A DNA stretch of 64,000 bases from Terriglobales bacterium (GCA_035606395.1 DATNFK010000009.1:68209-132208); one strand, 5' to 3'; counted from the stretch's first letter, positions 10,695-20,644 are shown. Notes: generated by a model not told the origin, from the letters alone. Numbers and translations: made by a program.

Positions 10695-12287
10695 ATGACG
10701 ATCGCCGAGCGGGTCGAGAATCTGCGCCGCGAGGAAGCCGCGCTGCGCCTCGGCGGCGGCGCCGGGGCGATTCAACGCCAGCACGATAAGCGCCGGCTGA
10801 CGGCGCGCGAGCGCGTCACCAAGCTCATCGATTCCGGCGCCGAGTTCCTCGAGATCGGCCTGTTTGCCGCCTGGGGGATGTATGAGGAATGGGGCGGCGC
10901 TGTCGCCGCCGGCGTGGTCTGCGGGCTGGGCCGCATCAGCGGACGCTGGACCATGATCATCGCCAACGACGCCACCGTCAAGGCCGGGGCGTTTTTCCCG
11001 ATGACGGCGAAGAAGGTGCTGCGCTGCCAGACGATCGCGCTAGAAAACCGCCTGCCCATTATTTATCTGGTGGATTCGGCGGGCGTGTTCCTGCCGCTGC
11101 AGGACGAGGTCTTTCCCGATATCGACGACTTTGGCCGCGTGTTCCGCCACAACGCTGTCATCTCGGCGGCGGGTATTCCGCAAATCACCGCCATCATGGG
11201 AAGCTGCGTGGCGGGCGGCGCGTACCTGCCGGTCATGTGCGACACGATTCTGATGACCGAAGGCTCCGGCCTTTACCTCGCCGGGCCGGCTCTGGTTCAG
11301 GCGGCGATCGGCCAGGTTGTCGGCAGCGAGGAACTCGGCGGCGCGCGTCTCCACGCCGCGGTAAGCGGCACGGTGGATTTTCGCGAGCCCACGGATGAGA
11401 GCTGCCTCGAGCGCATTCGGCACTTGGTCGGGCGTTTCGGACCCCCTCCGGCCTCGCCCTTCGATCGGATTGCCGCGGTCGCGCCCGTCCGCCAGGATTT
11501 GGCGAGCCTCGTCCCAAGCGATCCGCAACAGCAGTACGACGTCCGCGATTTACTGGCGGCGATACTCGACGGCTCGCCGATGGACGAGTACAGGGCCGAG
11601 TTCGGTCAGACCGTCGTGTGCGCTTACGCGCGCCTCGGCGGGTTTGCCGTCGGCGTTGTCGCCAACCAGAAGAAGGCGGTTAAGCGCGCCGACAAACGCA
11701 TTGAATTCGGCGGCGTGATTTATCCCGAGAGCGCCGACAAAGCCGCGCGCTTCATCATGGACTGCAACCAGGCGCGCATTCCGCTGGTCTTCTTTCACGA
11801 CGTCAACGGCTTCATGGTGGGCAAGGAAGTCGAGGCCCAGGGCATCATCCGCGCCGGCGCAAAGATGGTGAATGCGGTCGCGAACAGCGTGGTTCCCAAA
11901 CTCAGCGTGATCATTGGCGGAAGCTTTGGCGCCGGCCATTACGCCATGTGCGGTCGCGCCTACGATCCCCGGTTTCTGTTCGCCTGGCCGACCGCGCGGT
12001 ACGCGGTGATGGGGGGCGATCAGGCCGCCGGCACGCTGCTCGACATCAAGGTCAAGCAACTCGAAAAGACCGGCCATGCCCTCGCGCCCCAGGAAAAGGA
12101 AGAGCTGCTTGCGTCTATCCGGGCCAGCTACGACGCCCAGTCCGACCCCCGCTATGGCGCCGCCCGCCTCTGGCTCGACGCGATCATCGCCCCGGAAGAC
12201 ACCAGGCAACGCCTGACCGCCGCGCTCGAAGTGGCCGCGCTCAACCCCGACATCCCGCCCTTCCGCACCGGCATCCTGCAAACATAA
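10695..12287 (+). CDS. acyl-CoA carboxylase carboxyltransferase subunit (methylcrotonyl/propionyl-CoA carboxylase beta-like)
   Basis: 530 aa of the carboxyl_transferase family (QRQHDKRRLTARERV, GSCVAGGAYLPVMCD, GGSFGAGHYAMCG). Confidence 0.85.
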   Translation: MTIAERVENLRREEAALRLGGGAGAIQRQHDKRRLTARERVTKLIDSGAEFLEIGLFAAWGMYEEWGGAVAAGVVCGLGRISGRWTMIIANDATVKAGAFFPMTAKKVLRCQTIALENRLPIIYLVDSAGVFLPLQDEVFPDIDDFGRVFRHNAVISAAGIPQITAIMGSCVAGGAYLPVMCDTILMTEGSGLYLAGPALVQAAIGQVVGSEELGGARLHAAVSGTVDFREPTDESCLERIRHLVGRFGPPPASPFDRIAAVAPVRQDLASLVPSDPQQQYDVRDLLAAILDGSPMDEYRAEFGQTVVCAYARLGGFAVGVVANQKKAVKRADKRIEFGGVIYPESADKAARFIMDCNQARIPLVFFHDVNGFMVGKEVEAQGIIRAGAKMVNAVANSVVPKLSVIIGGSFGAGHYAMCGRAYDPRFLFAWPTARYAVMGGDQAAGTLLDIKVKQLEKTGHALAPQEKEELLASIRASYDAQSDPRYGAARLWLDAIIAPEDTRQRLTAALEVAALNPDIPPFRTGILQT

Positions 12288-12310
12288 CGAAGGCCGCACC
12301 GGCCGCACCC

Positions 12311-12353
12311 GAAGCGGCGGCCGCGCGGCGCTCGCCGCGCTTGGGCCCGCGCA
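12311..12353. repeat. REP-like element, copy E (core: hairpin GCGCGGC-gctc-GCCGCGC plus tail TTGGGCCCGCGC)
   Basis: It aligns by eye with the copies at 19341, 19435, 23991 and 47831. It lies in a convergent intergenic gap. Confidence 0.55.
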
Positions 12354-13130
12354 CTAAACCGGGACCGCGACCCGACGGCCAAAGAGGTGGCCGGCGGCAA
12401 TGCCGTTCACGGCCGGCTCAACGTCGCGGCCGCTCTCGGTATGGATGAGGCGATAGCCCAGCGGCTGCAGCAGCTCGGAGATTGCCTCGACGCGCTGCGC
12501 CTTCAGGGCGTGGTTGGCGCCGTGGATCTCGACCATCAAATCGGGACCATAGCGGGCCAGGGTGCCGCGGGCGCCGCGCAGCACGTCCAACTCGAAGCCT
12601 TCGACGTCAATTTTCACAAAATCCGGCGCCGGCAAATCGAGCGGAGCCACCAAATCATCCAGCCGCTCGACCTGGGCTCGGCCCACGCTGCGGCGAAATG
12701 GCGTCTGCGCATCGGCTGCCAGCGAGGCGGTGGTCGACATACCGGGAAGCGCAAACACCTCCCTCACTTCGCGCTCCGCGCCCAGGGCCAGCGGCAGTGC
12801 GCGCACGTTGATTATGTGGTTGAGCGCGAGATTCCGGGCCAGTTTGTCGAAGTTTCCAGGTGCCGGCTCGAATGCCACGACCGAACCTGTCGCCCCGACC
12901 TGACGCGAGAAAAACAGGGCATAGCTGCCGCGGTGGGCGCCAATGTCATAGACCACTTTTCCGGCCAGCGGCAGGGCGCACAGCAGCTTCTCTTCCGGGC
13001 TTTGCAGCAGCGGCAGCCGCAGCCATCCAGGCACCATCCAGTCGCAATTGACGAACCCGCTGGCCATGTCACGGCGAAAAAAACCGGGCCGGTAGCGGCC
13101 CAGCGGTCCCAGCCAGCGCCGTAACCTCAA
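12354..13130 (-). CDS. FkbM-family SAM-dependent methyltransferase
   Basis: Carries VVYDIGAHRGSYALFF, FEP and DFVKIDVEGFELDVLRGA. The TTG start overlaps the upstream gene's stop (TTGA). Confidence 0.75.
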   Translation of the reverse strand: MRLRRWLGPLGRYRPGFFRRDMASGFVNCDWMVPGWLRLPLLQSPEEKLLCALPLAGKVVYDIGAHRGSYALFFSRQVGATGSVVAFEPAPGNFDKLARNLALNHIINVRALPLALGAEREVREVFALPGMSTTASLAADAQTPFRRSVGRAQVERLDDLVAPLDLPAPDFVKIDVEGFELDVLRGARGTLARYGPDLMVEIHGANHALKAQRVEAISELLQPLGYRLIHTESGRDVEPAVNGIAAGHLFGRRVAVPV

Positions 13131-13885
13131 GGACGGCTCCCATTTGAGGCGACCACCTGGGTCACCGGCAGAACCGACGTGAACTGGTAGTGGTCATAGG
13201 TGATGGAAAGCTGCGCCCGTCCGAAAAAGCGTGTGTGCGAACGGCACTCGTTGCTGGCCGGCAGCCAAAAATCGCCAATGTGCTGGCTGCGGTACTGGAA
13301 GGCCGAATCGGTGACCCACCACGAGGGCGAGTGTACCGGCTCGCCATCAACCCGGGTTATGCCATAATCCTGCGCGCTCACCCAAATCCGGCCGCGAAAC
13401 AGGAAGCGGTCGGACCTCCGCGGCTTGGCATCGAGCAAATAGTTGCCGTCGCCGTCGGGCTGCGGAACATCGGCGACCAGCGAAAATTCGTAGTTGGCAG
13501 GCACAATCGCGCTGCCCTCGAGGCTCTCGATCAGGGCCTCCTTGCGCTCCATTTTCAGGAGTGGGTCGAGGACGTGGCGCCGCAACATGGAGGACCCGGA
13601 TTGCGATACAAGCGTAAGTACTTTCGGCCCGGGCGCGACGTACTCCATGCGCACGGTCATGTCGGCGGTATCGTGCGCCAGGCCGTCATAAACCACGTGG
13701 TAGGTTCGGATGGCGGTATAGGCACGCAGCGAACTGGCGCGCGCGGCATTCATTTCTACCATGTGATCTACGATGTCGTTCACCGACATGGCCGCTCGCC
13801 CCGGCGCCGATGTCGTCGCCAGAAGGGCAATGCCAAGCACCAGTAAGCCAATCGCAGACCGCAGCAGAAACTTCATGCCACCCAA
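13127..13885 (-). CDS. secreted LolA-fold / outer-membrane lipoprotein-sorting-like protein
   Basis: It has a signal peptide (MKFLLRSAIGLLVLGIALLATTSA). The family resemblance is by eye only. Confidence 0.5.
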   Translation of the reverse strand: MGGMKFLLRSAIGLLVLGIALLATTSAPGRAAMSVNDIVDHMVEMNAARASSLRAYTAIRTYHVVYDGLAHDTADMTVRMEYVAPGPKVLTLVSQSGSSMLRRHVLDPLLKMERKEALIESLEGSAIVPANYEFSLVADVPQPDGDGNYLLDAKPRRSDRFLFRGRIWVSAQDYGITRVDGEPVHSPSWWVTDSAFQYRSQHIGDFWLPASNECRSHTRFFGRAQLSITYDHYQFTSVLPVTQVVASNGSRP

Positions 13886-14008
13886 TTAGATGCAAGCCAA
13901 GGGCCACCGCCCGGTCCCGGTTTTTTCAGGTGTTCATTGCGGCTGTGCAATTGGTCTTCGGCCAAACGTCGCAGGAGCGCCGTTTGCTCCCGGTATGCCG
14001 AGTGTGCC

Positions 14009-15304
14009 ATGCTGGCGGGCATGAAAACCGCTGTGGGTGTATCTCTCGCTTTTGCGCTGGCCGGCGTTGGGTTCGCCCAGGCGCCCCCGCACACGATGTT
14101 TGTGAAGAGTGGCAGGCTGATCTTCGACACCACGCAGGCGCCGATGGATCGCGGTGAGATCATCATCACCAACGGCACCGTCACCGCCGTGGGCGCCAAC
14201 CTGGCGCAGCCCGCGGGCAGCGAACTGGTAGACCTCTCGGCCGACACCGTCATGCCCTCGCTGCTGGACGCCCATACCCATATCGCGGCGGGCGCTTTCG
14301 GCGCCAGCCCATCCTATGCGCTGGCCGCGCTCATGGGCAGTCGCGACGTCGCCTACGCGCGGGAGTCCGGCGTCGCCGCCATGCGCGTTCTCGGCACCGA
14401 CGGATTTATCGACGTCGCCCTGGGCGACGCCATTGATCAGGGCGCCATTCCCGGGCCGCACATCATCCCCGCCGCGCACGCCATCTCCATTCCCGGCGGC
14501 CATGCCGACTTTCTTACCCTGCCTCCGCAATTTCCCCTCGACGACTATTACAACCCCCTGCATGGATTCATCAATTCCGTCGCCGACGCGGAAAAAGCGG
14601 TGCATCTGCAGGTCAAGTACGGCGCCAAGGTGATCAAGATCATGGCCTCGGGCGGAGTGCTCTCGCCCACCGACCAATTCAGCAGCGAGCAACTCAGCCC
14701 CGCCGAAATGGCGACGATCGTTCAAGTCGCACATGGTGATCACCTCAAGGTCGCCGCCCACGATGAAAACCTGCAAGCGATTCTCGACGCCCTGCACGCC
14801 GGTATTGACTCCTGCGAGCACTGCTCCGACCTTGATCAGGAAGCGCTCGATTACATGAAGGCGCATCACCAGGTGATGGACGCCACCATCTATGTCGTCG
14901 ACAACCTGCTCGCCAACGGCGCTCGCATGCACATGCCCGAATACACGTTGCGCAAAGCACATGAACTCGCCACCAAACATATGGCCAGCTTCCAGCTGGC
15001 ATTGCGTTCGGGCGTCATCATGGATGCGGGCTCCGACCAATCCTACGCTCCCGGCACCGGCACCATTTACAATGAGGTTGTGAGCGAAGTAAACCATGGC
15101 GCCACGCCCCAACAGGCTCTGACCGCCGCGACTAAGAACAACGCCGCGCTGCTGGAACTGGATCAACTCGGCACCTTGGCCGTCGGCAAGGAGGGCGATC
15201 TCGTGGCCATGACGGGCAATCCACTGGCCGACATCAACGCCGTGAGCCATCTCACCACGGTGGTCTACCAAGGCAAGGTGGTGAAGCCAAGTGCAAACCA
15301 GTAG
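14009..15304 (+). CDS. secreted amidohydrolase-family metallohydrolase
   Basis: Carries PSLLDAHTHI and a signal peptide after the ATG at 14009 or 14021. The track start at 13937 (TTG) is probably too early. Confidence 0.8.
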   Translation: MLAGMKTAVGVSLAFALAGVGFAQAPPHTMFVKSGRLIFDTTQAPMDRGEIIITNGTVTAVGANLAQPAGSELVDLSADTVMPSLLDAHTHIAAGAFGASPSYALAALMGSRDVAYARESGVAAMRVLGTDGFIDVALGDAIDQGAIPGPHIIPAAHAISIPGGHADFLTLPPQFPLDDYYNPLHGFINSVADAEKAVHLQVKYGAKVIKIMASGGVLSPTDQFSSEQLSPAEMATIVQVAHGDHLKVAAHDENLQAILDALHAGIDSCEHCSDLDQEALDYMKAHHQVMDATIYVVDNLLANGARMHMPEYTLRKAHELATKHMASFQLALRSGVIMDAGSDQSYAPGTGTIYNEVVSEVNHGATPQQALTAATKNNAALLELDQLGTLAVGKEGDLVAMTGNPLADINAVSHLTTVVYQGKVVKPSANQ

Positions 15305-15330
15305 CATCTAATCCGACCGGGAGTATATCA

Positions 15331-16053
15331 ATGCGGTTATCAGGTGGAATCGGGATGATGGCGCTGGCGGCCGCAACACTCGTTGCGCAAGCGCCGATGG
15401 CCGGCACCAAGGTAAGTGCCGAGCTCAAAACGAAGCTCGAAACCAAGCACGCCCATGTTGGCGACAAGGTCACCGCTGTCACCACCTCTGATGTGAAGCA
15501 GAACGGGATCAAGATTATCCCCAAGGGCACCACGCTCACCGGCCATGTTACGGAGGTGACGGCGGCGGAGAGCAACAAGTCTCCCTCGCATCTTGGCGTG
15601 CTTTTTGATCAGGCCACGACCAAACAGGGCGCCAACATCCCGCTGCGCGCGGCGATCGCCACCGTCATTCCGACGCCCGCGCCGAATATGTACGACAGCG
15701 GCCCCGGCCCGAACCCAATGCCCATGGCGATGCCGAATAACGCACCCGCCAGCGACGATCGCGGGTCGCGGGTCGGCATGGATGGGGTCGGCAACGGCAA
15801 CGCCACGCCGGAGATGCCGACGGTTATCGGGCAGGGCGACATGGCCCGCGTGGTCAATAGCGATGGCAGCGCTGTGTCCAACGCCGGCAGCGGTGCCATC
15901 TCCGCCGCCTCGCGTGCCAGCAGTGGATCGCCCCTCCGCATCCAGGGCAATGAAACGTCCGGCAGCACCATCTCCACCCCCAAGGGGGATTTCAGCCTCG
16001 ACTCCGGCACCCGCGTCGAACTGGTGGTACTGGCGCCAGCCTCCCAGCATTGA
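15331..16053 (+). CDS. secreted hypothetical protein with low-complexity C-terminal half
   Basis: 240 aa with a signal peptide. It lies upstream of and co-directional with ruvB. Confidence 0.5.
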   Translation: MRLSGGIGMMALAAATLVAQAPMAGTKVSAELKTKLETKHAHVGDKVTAVTTSDVKQNGIKIIPKGTTLTGHVTEVTAAESNKSPSHLGVLFDQATTKQGANIPLRAAIATVIPTPAPNMYDSGPGPNPMPMAMPNNAPASDDRGSRVGMDGVGNGNATPEMPTVIGQGDMARVVNSDGSAVSNAGSGAISAASRASSGSPLRIQGNETSGSTISTPKGDFSLDSGTRVELVVLAPASQH

Positions 16054-16081
16054 TGGGCGCGCGCCCGGTATATTCTTAAGC

Positions 16082-17125
16082 ATGGCCACGGGCACCGACC
16101 GGCGACTGATTCGCGGCGAAGCCGGCGATGACGAGTCGCGCTTCGAGCAGAATCTGCGCCCGCAAACGCTGGACGAATTCATTGGCCAGTTCAAGCTCAA
16201 GAATCAGCTCGCCCTCGCCATCGAGGCCGCGCGCAGCCGCGGCGAGCCGCTCGATCACGTTCTGCTCTACGGCCCGCCGGGGCTGGGGAAGACCACGCTG
16301 GCTTCGATCATCGCGGCGGAAATGGGCGCCGCCTTCCAGCCTACGGCCGGGCCTCTGATCCAGATCAAGGGCGATCTCACCGCCATTCTGACCAACCTCC
16401 AGGCGCGCCAAGTGCTCTTCGTGGACGAGATCCACCGTCTCCAGCCACAGCTTGAGGAGATCCTCTATTCGGCGCTGGAGGACTACCGGCTCGACATCAT
16501 GATCGGCCAGGGGCCGGCGGCGCGCACCCACTCGCTCGAACTTAAGCCCTTCACCTTCGTCGCCGCCACCACCCGCGCCGGATTGGTTTCGGCGCCCTTG
16601 CGTTCGCGTTTCGGCCTCATTCTCCGGCTCGAGTTCTACGAGCCCCGCGACCTCGACGTGATCATCCGCCGCTCGGCGCGCATTCTCAACGTGCCCATTC
16701 AAGCTGAGGGCGCCGCTGTGCTGGCGCGCCGATGCCGGGGCACGCCGCGCATCGCCAACCGGCTGCTGCGCCGGGTGCGCGATTACGCCCAGGTGCGCGC
16801 CCAGGGCGAAATCACCGCCACCGTCGCCGAAGAGGCGCTGGCTCTGCTCGAGGTTGACGCGTATGGCTTCGACGAAGCCGATCGCCGCCTCATGCTGACG
16901 TTAATGCAGAAATACGACGGCGGCCCGGTCGGTGTGAACACGCTGGCCGCCTCCATGGCGGAGGAGCCCGATGCGATTGAGGAAATCTACGAGCCATACC
17001 TGATGCAGATTGGCTTTCTCAACCGTACGCCGCGCGGGCGCGTGGCCACGGCTCTCGCTTACAAGCATTTCCAAATTGCGCCGCCCGAACGCAACGCCGC
17101 CCAGCCGACGTTATTCCAGGAGTGA
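16082..17125 (+). CDS. ruvB: Holliday junction branch migration helicase RuvB
   Basis: The ATG at 16082 gives [36 protein letters not shown], followed by [11 protein letters not shown]. The track ORF start at 15593 is a spurious extension. Confidence 0.95.
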   Translation: MATGTDRRLIRGEAGDDESRFEQNLRPQTLDEFIGQFKLKNQLALAIEAARSRGEPLDHVLLYGPPGLGKTTLASIIAAEMGAAFQPTAGPLIQIKGDLTAILTNLQARQVLFVDEIHRLQPQLEEILYSALEDYRLDIMIGQGPAARTHSLELKPFTFVAATTRAGLVSAPLRSRFGLILRLEFYEPRDLDVIIRRSARILNVPIQAEGAAVLARRCRGTPRIANRLLRRVRDYAQVRAQGEITATVAEEALALLEVDAYGFDEADRRLMLTLMQKYDGGPVGVNTLAASMAEEPDAIEEIYEPYLMQIGFLNRTPRGRVATALAYKHFQIAPPERNAAQPTLFQE

Positions 17126-17604
17126 CTGTCTATCTTTCGCTGGGCTCGAACCGCGGCGAAAAACGCGCTCATCTCGCGCGCGCTCTCGCCGCGCTGCCCG
17201 CCGCCGGGCTTCAGGTGAGGGCGGTGAGCCGGATCCGCGCCACGCGGCCGCGGTCGGCCACGGGACGCGCGCTTTTTCTAAATTGCGTGGTGAAGGCCGA
17301 AACCCGCTTGCTGCCGCACACGCTCTTGCGCCGTTTACGGCGGATCGAGTCTGCCCTCGGGCGCCACCGGGGACATTCGGCGAGCCGCGGGCCGCGAACA
17401 CCGCGCACGGTTGACATCGATATTGTTGCCTACAGCGGCACCCGTGTGGCAACGCGCGACCTCACCCTGCCCCACCCGCGCTATCGTGAGCGTGAGTTCG
17501 TGCTCACCTCGCTCGCCGAGTTGGGCGCGTGGGAGCTAATGCGCGGCTTGCCGCGCCGCCAATACCGTCCGAGCGTGAGCCTCGAGCGCCTGGGCCTGCG
17601 GTAG
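17122..17604 (+). CDS. folK: 2-amino-4-hydroxy-6-hydroxymethyldihydropteridine pyrophosphokinase
   Basis: Carries [17 protein letters not shown] and [15 protein letters not shown]. It overlaps the ruvB stop as GTGA. Confidence 0.85.
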   Translation: MTVYLSLGSNRGEKRAHLARALAALPAAGLQVRAVSRIRATRPRSATGRALFLNCVVKAETRLLPHTLLRRLRRIESALGRHRGHSASRGPRTPRTVDIDIVAYSGTRVATRDLTLPHPRYREREFVLTSLAELGAWELMRGLPRRQYRPSVSLERLGLR

Positions 17605-19176
17605 CAAGGTCACCGCTTTCGCGACTTCCGGATCCACTTGCATCAGTGTCTTGCGACCGTCGTTGAGGCCGTAGAGGGTCGAGATGACGCTGAATCGGAT
17701 CTGTTCCTTGAGCCAGGCGGAATTGGCGGCCACATCGGCGGGCTTGAGCACCACGTGCTGGCCAGCCAGGAAGGTGACGAAGTCGCGCACGGTCGAGTCG
17801 TCGGGCATCCAGGTTTGGGGCACGGTATCGCGCTTAGCCAGGTAGTCGTCGGTGAATTCGATGAACGCGGTGCGGTCCAGGATCATCTGCTGGAAGTCGT
17901 TCAAGTGCTCGGCCGGGAGCATGACGTCCGGAGTAATGCCGCCTCCGCCGTACACGGTGCGCCCGGTATCGGTCATCTTGACCTCGCGCTTGCCGGGCGG
18001 CGCCTGGTTCTGATCGTGCACGTAAAAATAATCGTAGAGCGAGAGGCCTTCGTACGGGCGCTGGATCAGTCGTCCGCTGGGGGTGTAGTAGTGGGCGGTG
18101 GTCAGCGCCAGTCCGGTGCCATCCTGCAGACGCATCACCGATTGCACCAAGCCTTTGCCGAAGGTGGTTTGGCCGACGATCAGGCCGCGGTCGTGGTCCT
18201 GCACCGCGCCGGAGACGATCTCGGCCGCGCTCGCGGTCATATTGTCGACCAGGATGACCAGCGGGAAATCGTTGCCGCCGTTGCCGCGGGTGGCGGTCAT
18301 CACCTGCTCGGGTGAATTGCGGCCGTGGTCGCTGACGATGACCTGGTCCTTCGCCAGGAACAAATCGGCGATGCCTTGCGCCTGCGTGAGCACGCCGCCC
18401 GGGTTTCCGCGCAGGTCGAGCACCACGCCTTTGATGGCGCCGTTGTCGAGGGCATGATTGAGAATCGCCGCCATCTCGGAGGTCGACGTATCGGTGAAGC
18501 CGGTGAGGTGGATGTAATAGACGCCGGGTTCGATCGTGTAGGTCGAGTCAATGCTGTTGTGCTGTACGTCGGCCCGCACCAGATTAAAATTCAGCAGGTT
18601 CTCATGGCCCACCCGCTGCACCGAAACTGTCACCGTGCTGCCCTTGGGTCCCTTCAGCATGGTCGCGACCTGATCGGTCGACAACCCGACGGTGGATTTT
18701 CCGTCCACGGCCATGATTAGATCCCAGGGACGAATACCGGCCTTGAAGGCGGGCGTGCCTTCGAACGGCTGCACTACCCGGCTCTGGTTATTGCGCGCGT
18801 CGACCGCGCCGATCAACATCCCGACCCCGGAGTAGCGCCCCTCCTGGTCTTCCATCATTTTCGCGAAACCCTTGGGATCCCAGAAATTCGAGTGAGGATC
18901 GAGTTGCCGCAGCATCCCCGGAATCGCGCCATTGTAAATCGCGGTGCTGGGGTTTACGGGCGCGGCATAGTTGGCTTCGACCAGGCTGTATACGCGGGCG
19001 AATTCGCGCAGATCGTTCTGAATTTCAGCTTCGCTGTTGTCGGCGCCGGTGCCGCTCGCTCCGACCGAGGCGGCGGCCACTGAAGTGGACTCGACCGATG
19101 GTCCAAACCGGGCACCGATCAACGCTCCCGCGCCCATAACCGCCACCACCGTCAGCAACGTCCGAAGCTTTTTCAT
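17536..19176 (-). CDS. carboxyl-terminal processing protease (peptidase S41, PDZ domain)
   Basis: The ATG at 19176 gives MKKLRTLLTVVAVMGAGALIGA. The product has a PDZ domain and an S41 core (DLRGNPGG, TASAAEI). The upstream 96 codons of the track ORF are translated REP repeats. Confidence 0.9.
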   Translation of the reverse strand: MKKLRTLLTVVAVMGAGALIGARFGPSVESTSVAAASVGASGTGADNSEAEIQNDLREFARVYSLVEANYAAPVNPSTAIYNGAIPGMLRQLDPHSNFWDPKGFAKMMEDQEGRYSGVGMLIGAVDARNNQSRVVQPFEGTPAFKAGIRPWDLIMAVDGKSTVGLSTDQVATMLKGPKGSTVTVSVQRVGHENLLNFNLVRADVQHNSIDSTYTIEPGVYYIHLTGFTDTSTSEMAAILNHALDNGAIKGVVLDLRGNPGGVLTQAQGIADLFLAKDQVIVSDHGRNSPEQVMTATRGNGGNDFPLVILVDNMTASAAEIVSGAVQDHDRGLIVGQTTFGKGLVQSVMRLQDGTGLALTTAHYYTPSGRLIQRPYEGLSLYDYFYVHDQNQAPPGKREVKMTDTGRTVYGGGGITPDVMLPAEHLNDFQQMILDRTAFIEFTDDYLAKRDTVPQTWMPDDSTVRDFVTFLAGQHVVLKPADVAANSAWLKEQIRFSVISTLYGLNDGRKTLMQVDPEVAKAVTLLPQAQALEAHARTVLAARQAAH

Positions 19177-19340
19177 GAGGGAAACCCTGGTGCGACCCGC
19201 CGCTCCACTTTTCTGAATTATATCGTATTCGCGTGCCCCCGCGCGGCTGCCGCCGCCCGACAGCTTCGTGCAATCCCGTAGCGCGACGGCGCGCAACGCC
19301 CGCGTGGGCCTTCGGTGTCTCCAAGCGGCGGATAACGCGA

Positions 19341-19517
19341 AGAGCCGGTTGGGGCGAAGGGGCCCCCAAGCCGGCACTGTGCGTAAGCGGGTGCCCGGCG
19401 GCAGCCGGGCGGGGCCCGCGCCAAGCAAGCGCGCAGAGCCGGTTTGGGGCGAAGGGGCCCCCAAACCGGCACTGCGCGCAAGCGGGTGCCCGGCGGCAGC
19501 CGGGCGGGGCCCGCGCC
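19341..19517. repeat. two tandem REP-like double-hairpin elements (copy A 19341-19422, copy B 19435-19517; 94-nt period)
   Basis: The two copies are near-identical. Hairpin 1 is GCCGGTTTGGGG..CCCCAAACCGGC and hairpin 2 is GCCCGGC-ggca-GCCGGGC, followed by the tail GGGGCCCGCGCC. Confidence 0.8.
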
Positions 19518-19533
19518 TATAATGGAGATTGGT

Positions 19534-19803
19534 ATGGAGCTGCTCTTCCTCGCCATGTTGGCGCTACTTGTGTTTGGACCCCGGCGCTTGCCCGAGATCG
19601 CCCGCACCGTGGCCAAAGTGATGGCCGAACTGCGTAAGGCCAGCAACGAGTTTCGCTACTCGCTCGAGGATGAAATTCGCAATCTGGAAATCCACGAGCA
19701 GCAACAGAAGCGTCTCGAGGCTCAGGCCGCCCTGGAGGCCAAGCCCACGCCGGCGGTCGAGGGCACGGTAGCGCGTATTCATGAGTCCAATGGCCCTGCT
19801 TGA
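19534..19803 (+). CDS. tatA: twin-arginine translocase subunit TatA/TatB family
   Basis: The product begins MELLFLAMLALLVFGPRRLPEIARTV. GGAG lies 7 nt upstream of the ATG at 19534. The track start at 19444 lies in REP copy B. Confidence 0.85.
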   Translation: MELLFLAMLALLVFGPRRLPEIARTVAKVMAELRKASNEFRYSLEDEIRNLEIHEQQQKRLEAQAALEAKPTPAVEGTVARIHESNGPA

Positions 19804-20599
19804 CCGGTTTCGTTCGGACGCGCCCCCGCTCGGCTCCAACTCGATTGAAGCCTCGGCCATGTCGTTTCTGCAGCACCTTGAGGAACTGCGGCGCTGCCTT
19901 TTCCGCGCCCTGATCGGAGTCGTGCTCGCCTTCTTCTTCTGCTTCGCCTACGCCGACCGCATTTACGGCTTCATGGAGAAGCCGATTTCGACCATCCTCA
20001 AAGCGCACGGGCTGGACCAGCATCTGGTCTACTTCAATCCCATCGATCCCTTCAATCTGTACGTCAAGCTGGGCCTGATCGCCGGTTTGTTCCTGGCCTC
20101 GCCCTGGGTGCTGTATCAGGTTTGGCGCTTCATCGCGCCCGGTTTGTACCCGCGCGAGCGCCGCTACGTGGTGCCGTTTGTTCTGTTCACCTCGCTGCTC
20201 TTCATCCTGGGAGGGGCATTCGCCTACTTTTACGCTTTCCCCATTGCGCTCAACTTTCTGATCGGCTACGCCCACCGTTTTACCCCGCAGATTAACATTA
20301 ACGAGTACTTCGATCTGTTTGCGACGGTAGTGCTGGGGTTGGGACTCATCTTTGAATTGCCCACCCTTATTTTCTTTCTTTCGCTGCTCGGAATTGTGAG
20401 TGCCCGGTTCCTGATTGCGAACTTTCGCTATGCGGTGCTAGTTATATTCGTGCTGGCCGCGATCATTACTCCGACCGCCGACTTCACGACTATGATTGTT
20501 TTCGCAGCACCGATGATTGGCCTCTATATATTGGGCATCGGAATAGCGTATATTTTCGGCAAGGACCGTCGCGCCCGCAAACGCGCGGCGGCGGCATAA
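19781..20599 (+). CDS. tatC: twin-arginine translocase subunit TatC
   Basis: The product contains FLQHLEELRRCLFRALIGVV and multiple TM helices. An alternative start is the ATG at 19859. Confidence 0.9.
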   Translation: MSPMALLDRFRSDAPPLGSNSIEASAMSFLQHLEELRRCLFRALIGVVLAFFFCFAYADRIYGFMEKPISTILKAHGLDQHLVYFNPIDPFNLYVKLGLIAGLFLASPWVLYQVWRFIAPGLYPRERRYVVPFVLFTSLLFILGGAFAYFYAFPIALNFLIGYAHRFTPQININEYFDLFATVVLGLGLIFELPTLIFFLSLLGIVSARFLIANFRYAVLVIFVLAAIITPTADFTTMIVFAAPMIGLYILGIGIAYIFGKDRRARKRAAAA

Positions 20600-20644
20600 G
20601 CAGCGACTGGTACTCGCCCACAATTGCCGTAGCGTCAGAGAAGC

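Noticed and set aside
13934-15307. 457-aa minus-strand ORF
   Set aside because: It mirrors the amidohydrolase gene exactly. It has no motifs and an Arg/Gly/His-rich composition.
17536-17604. Convergent 3'-end overlaps (folK/ctp 69 nt, DedA/nadB 91 nt at 21280-21370, ybeY/small ORF 47 nt, amidohydrolase/nuclease-like 52 nt, RR/S53 14 nt, kinase/radical SAM 17 nt) as a sign of antisense regulation or mis-assembly
   Set aside because: Long C-terminal tails and overlapping convergent ends are expected where stop codons are rare (high GC). No additional signal supports a regulatory role.
19177-19464. N-terminal 96-codon extension of the S41 protease ORF (MGAPSPQTGSARLLGAGPARLPPGTRL...)
   Set aside because: It is a translation of the tandem REP elements. 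A signal peptide starts at the internal ATG at 19176.
19518-19523. TATAAT directly after REP copy B as the tatA promoter (leaderless tatA)
   Set aside because: There is no -35 hexamer. A GGAG RBS lies between it and the ATG at 19534, which argues for a leadered mRNA from further upstream. It is mentioned only in the REP finding.
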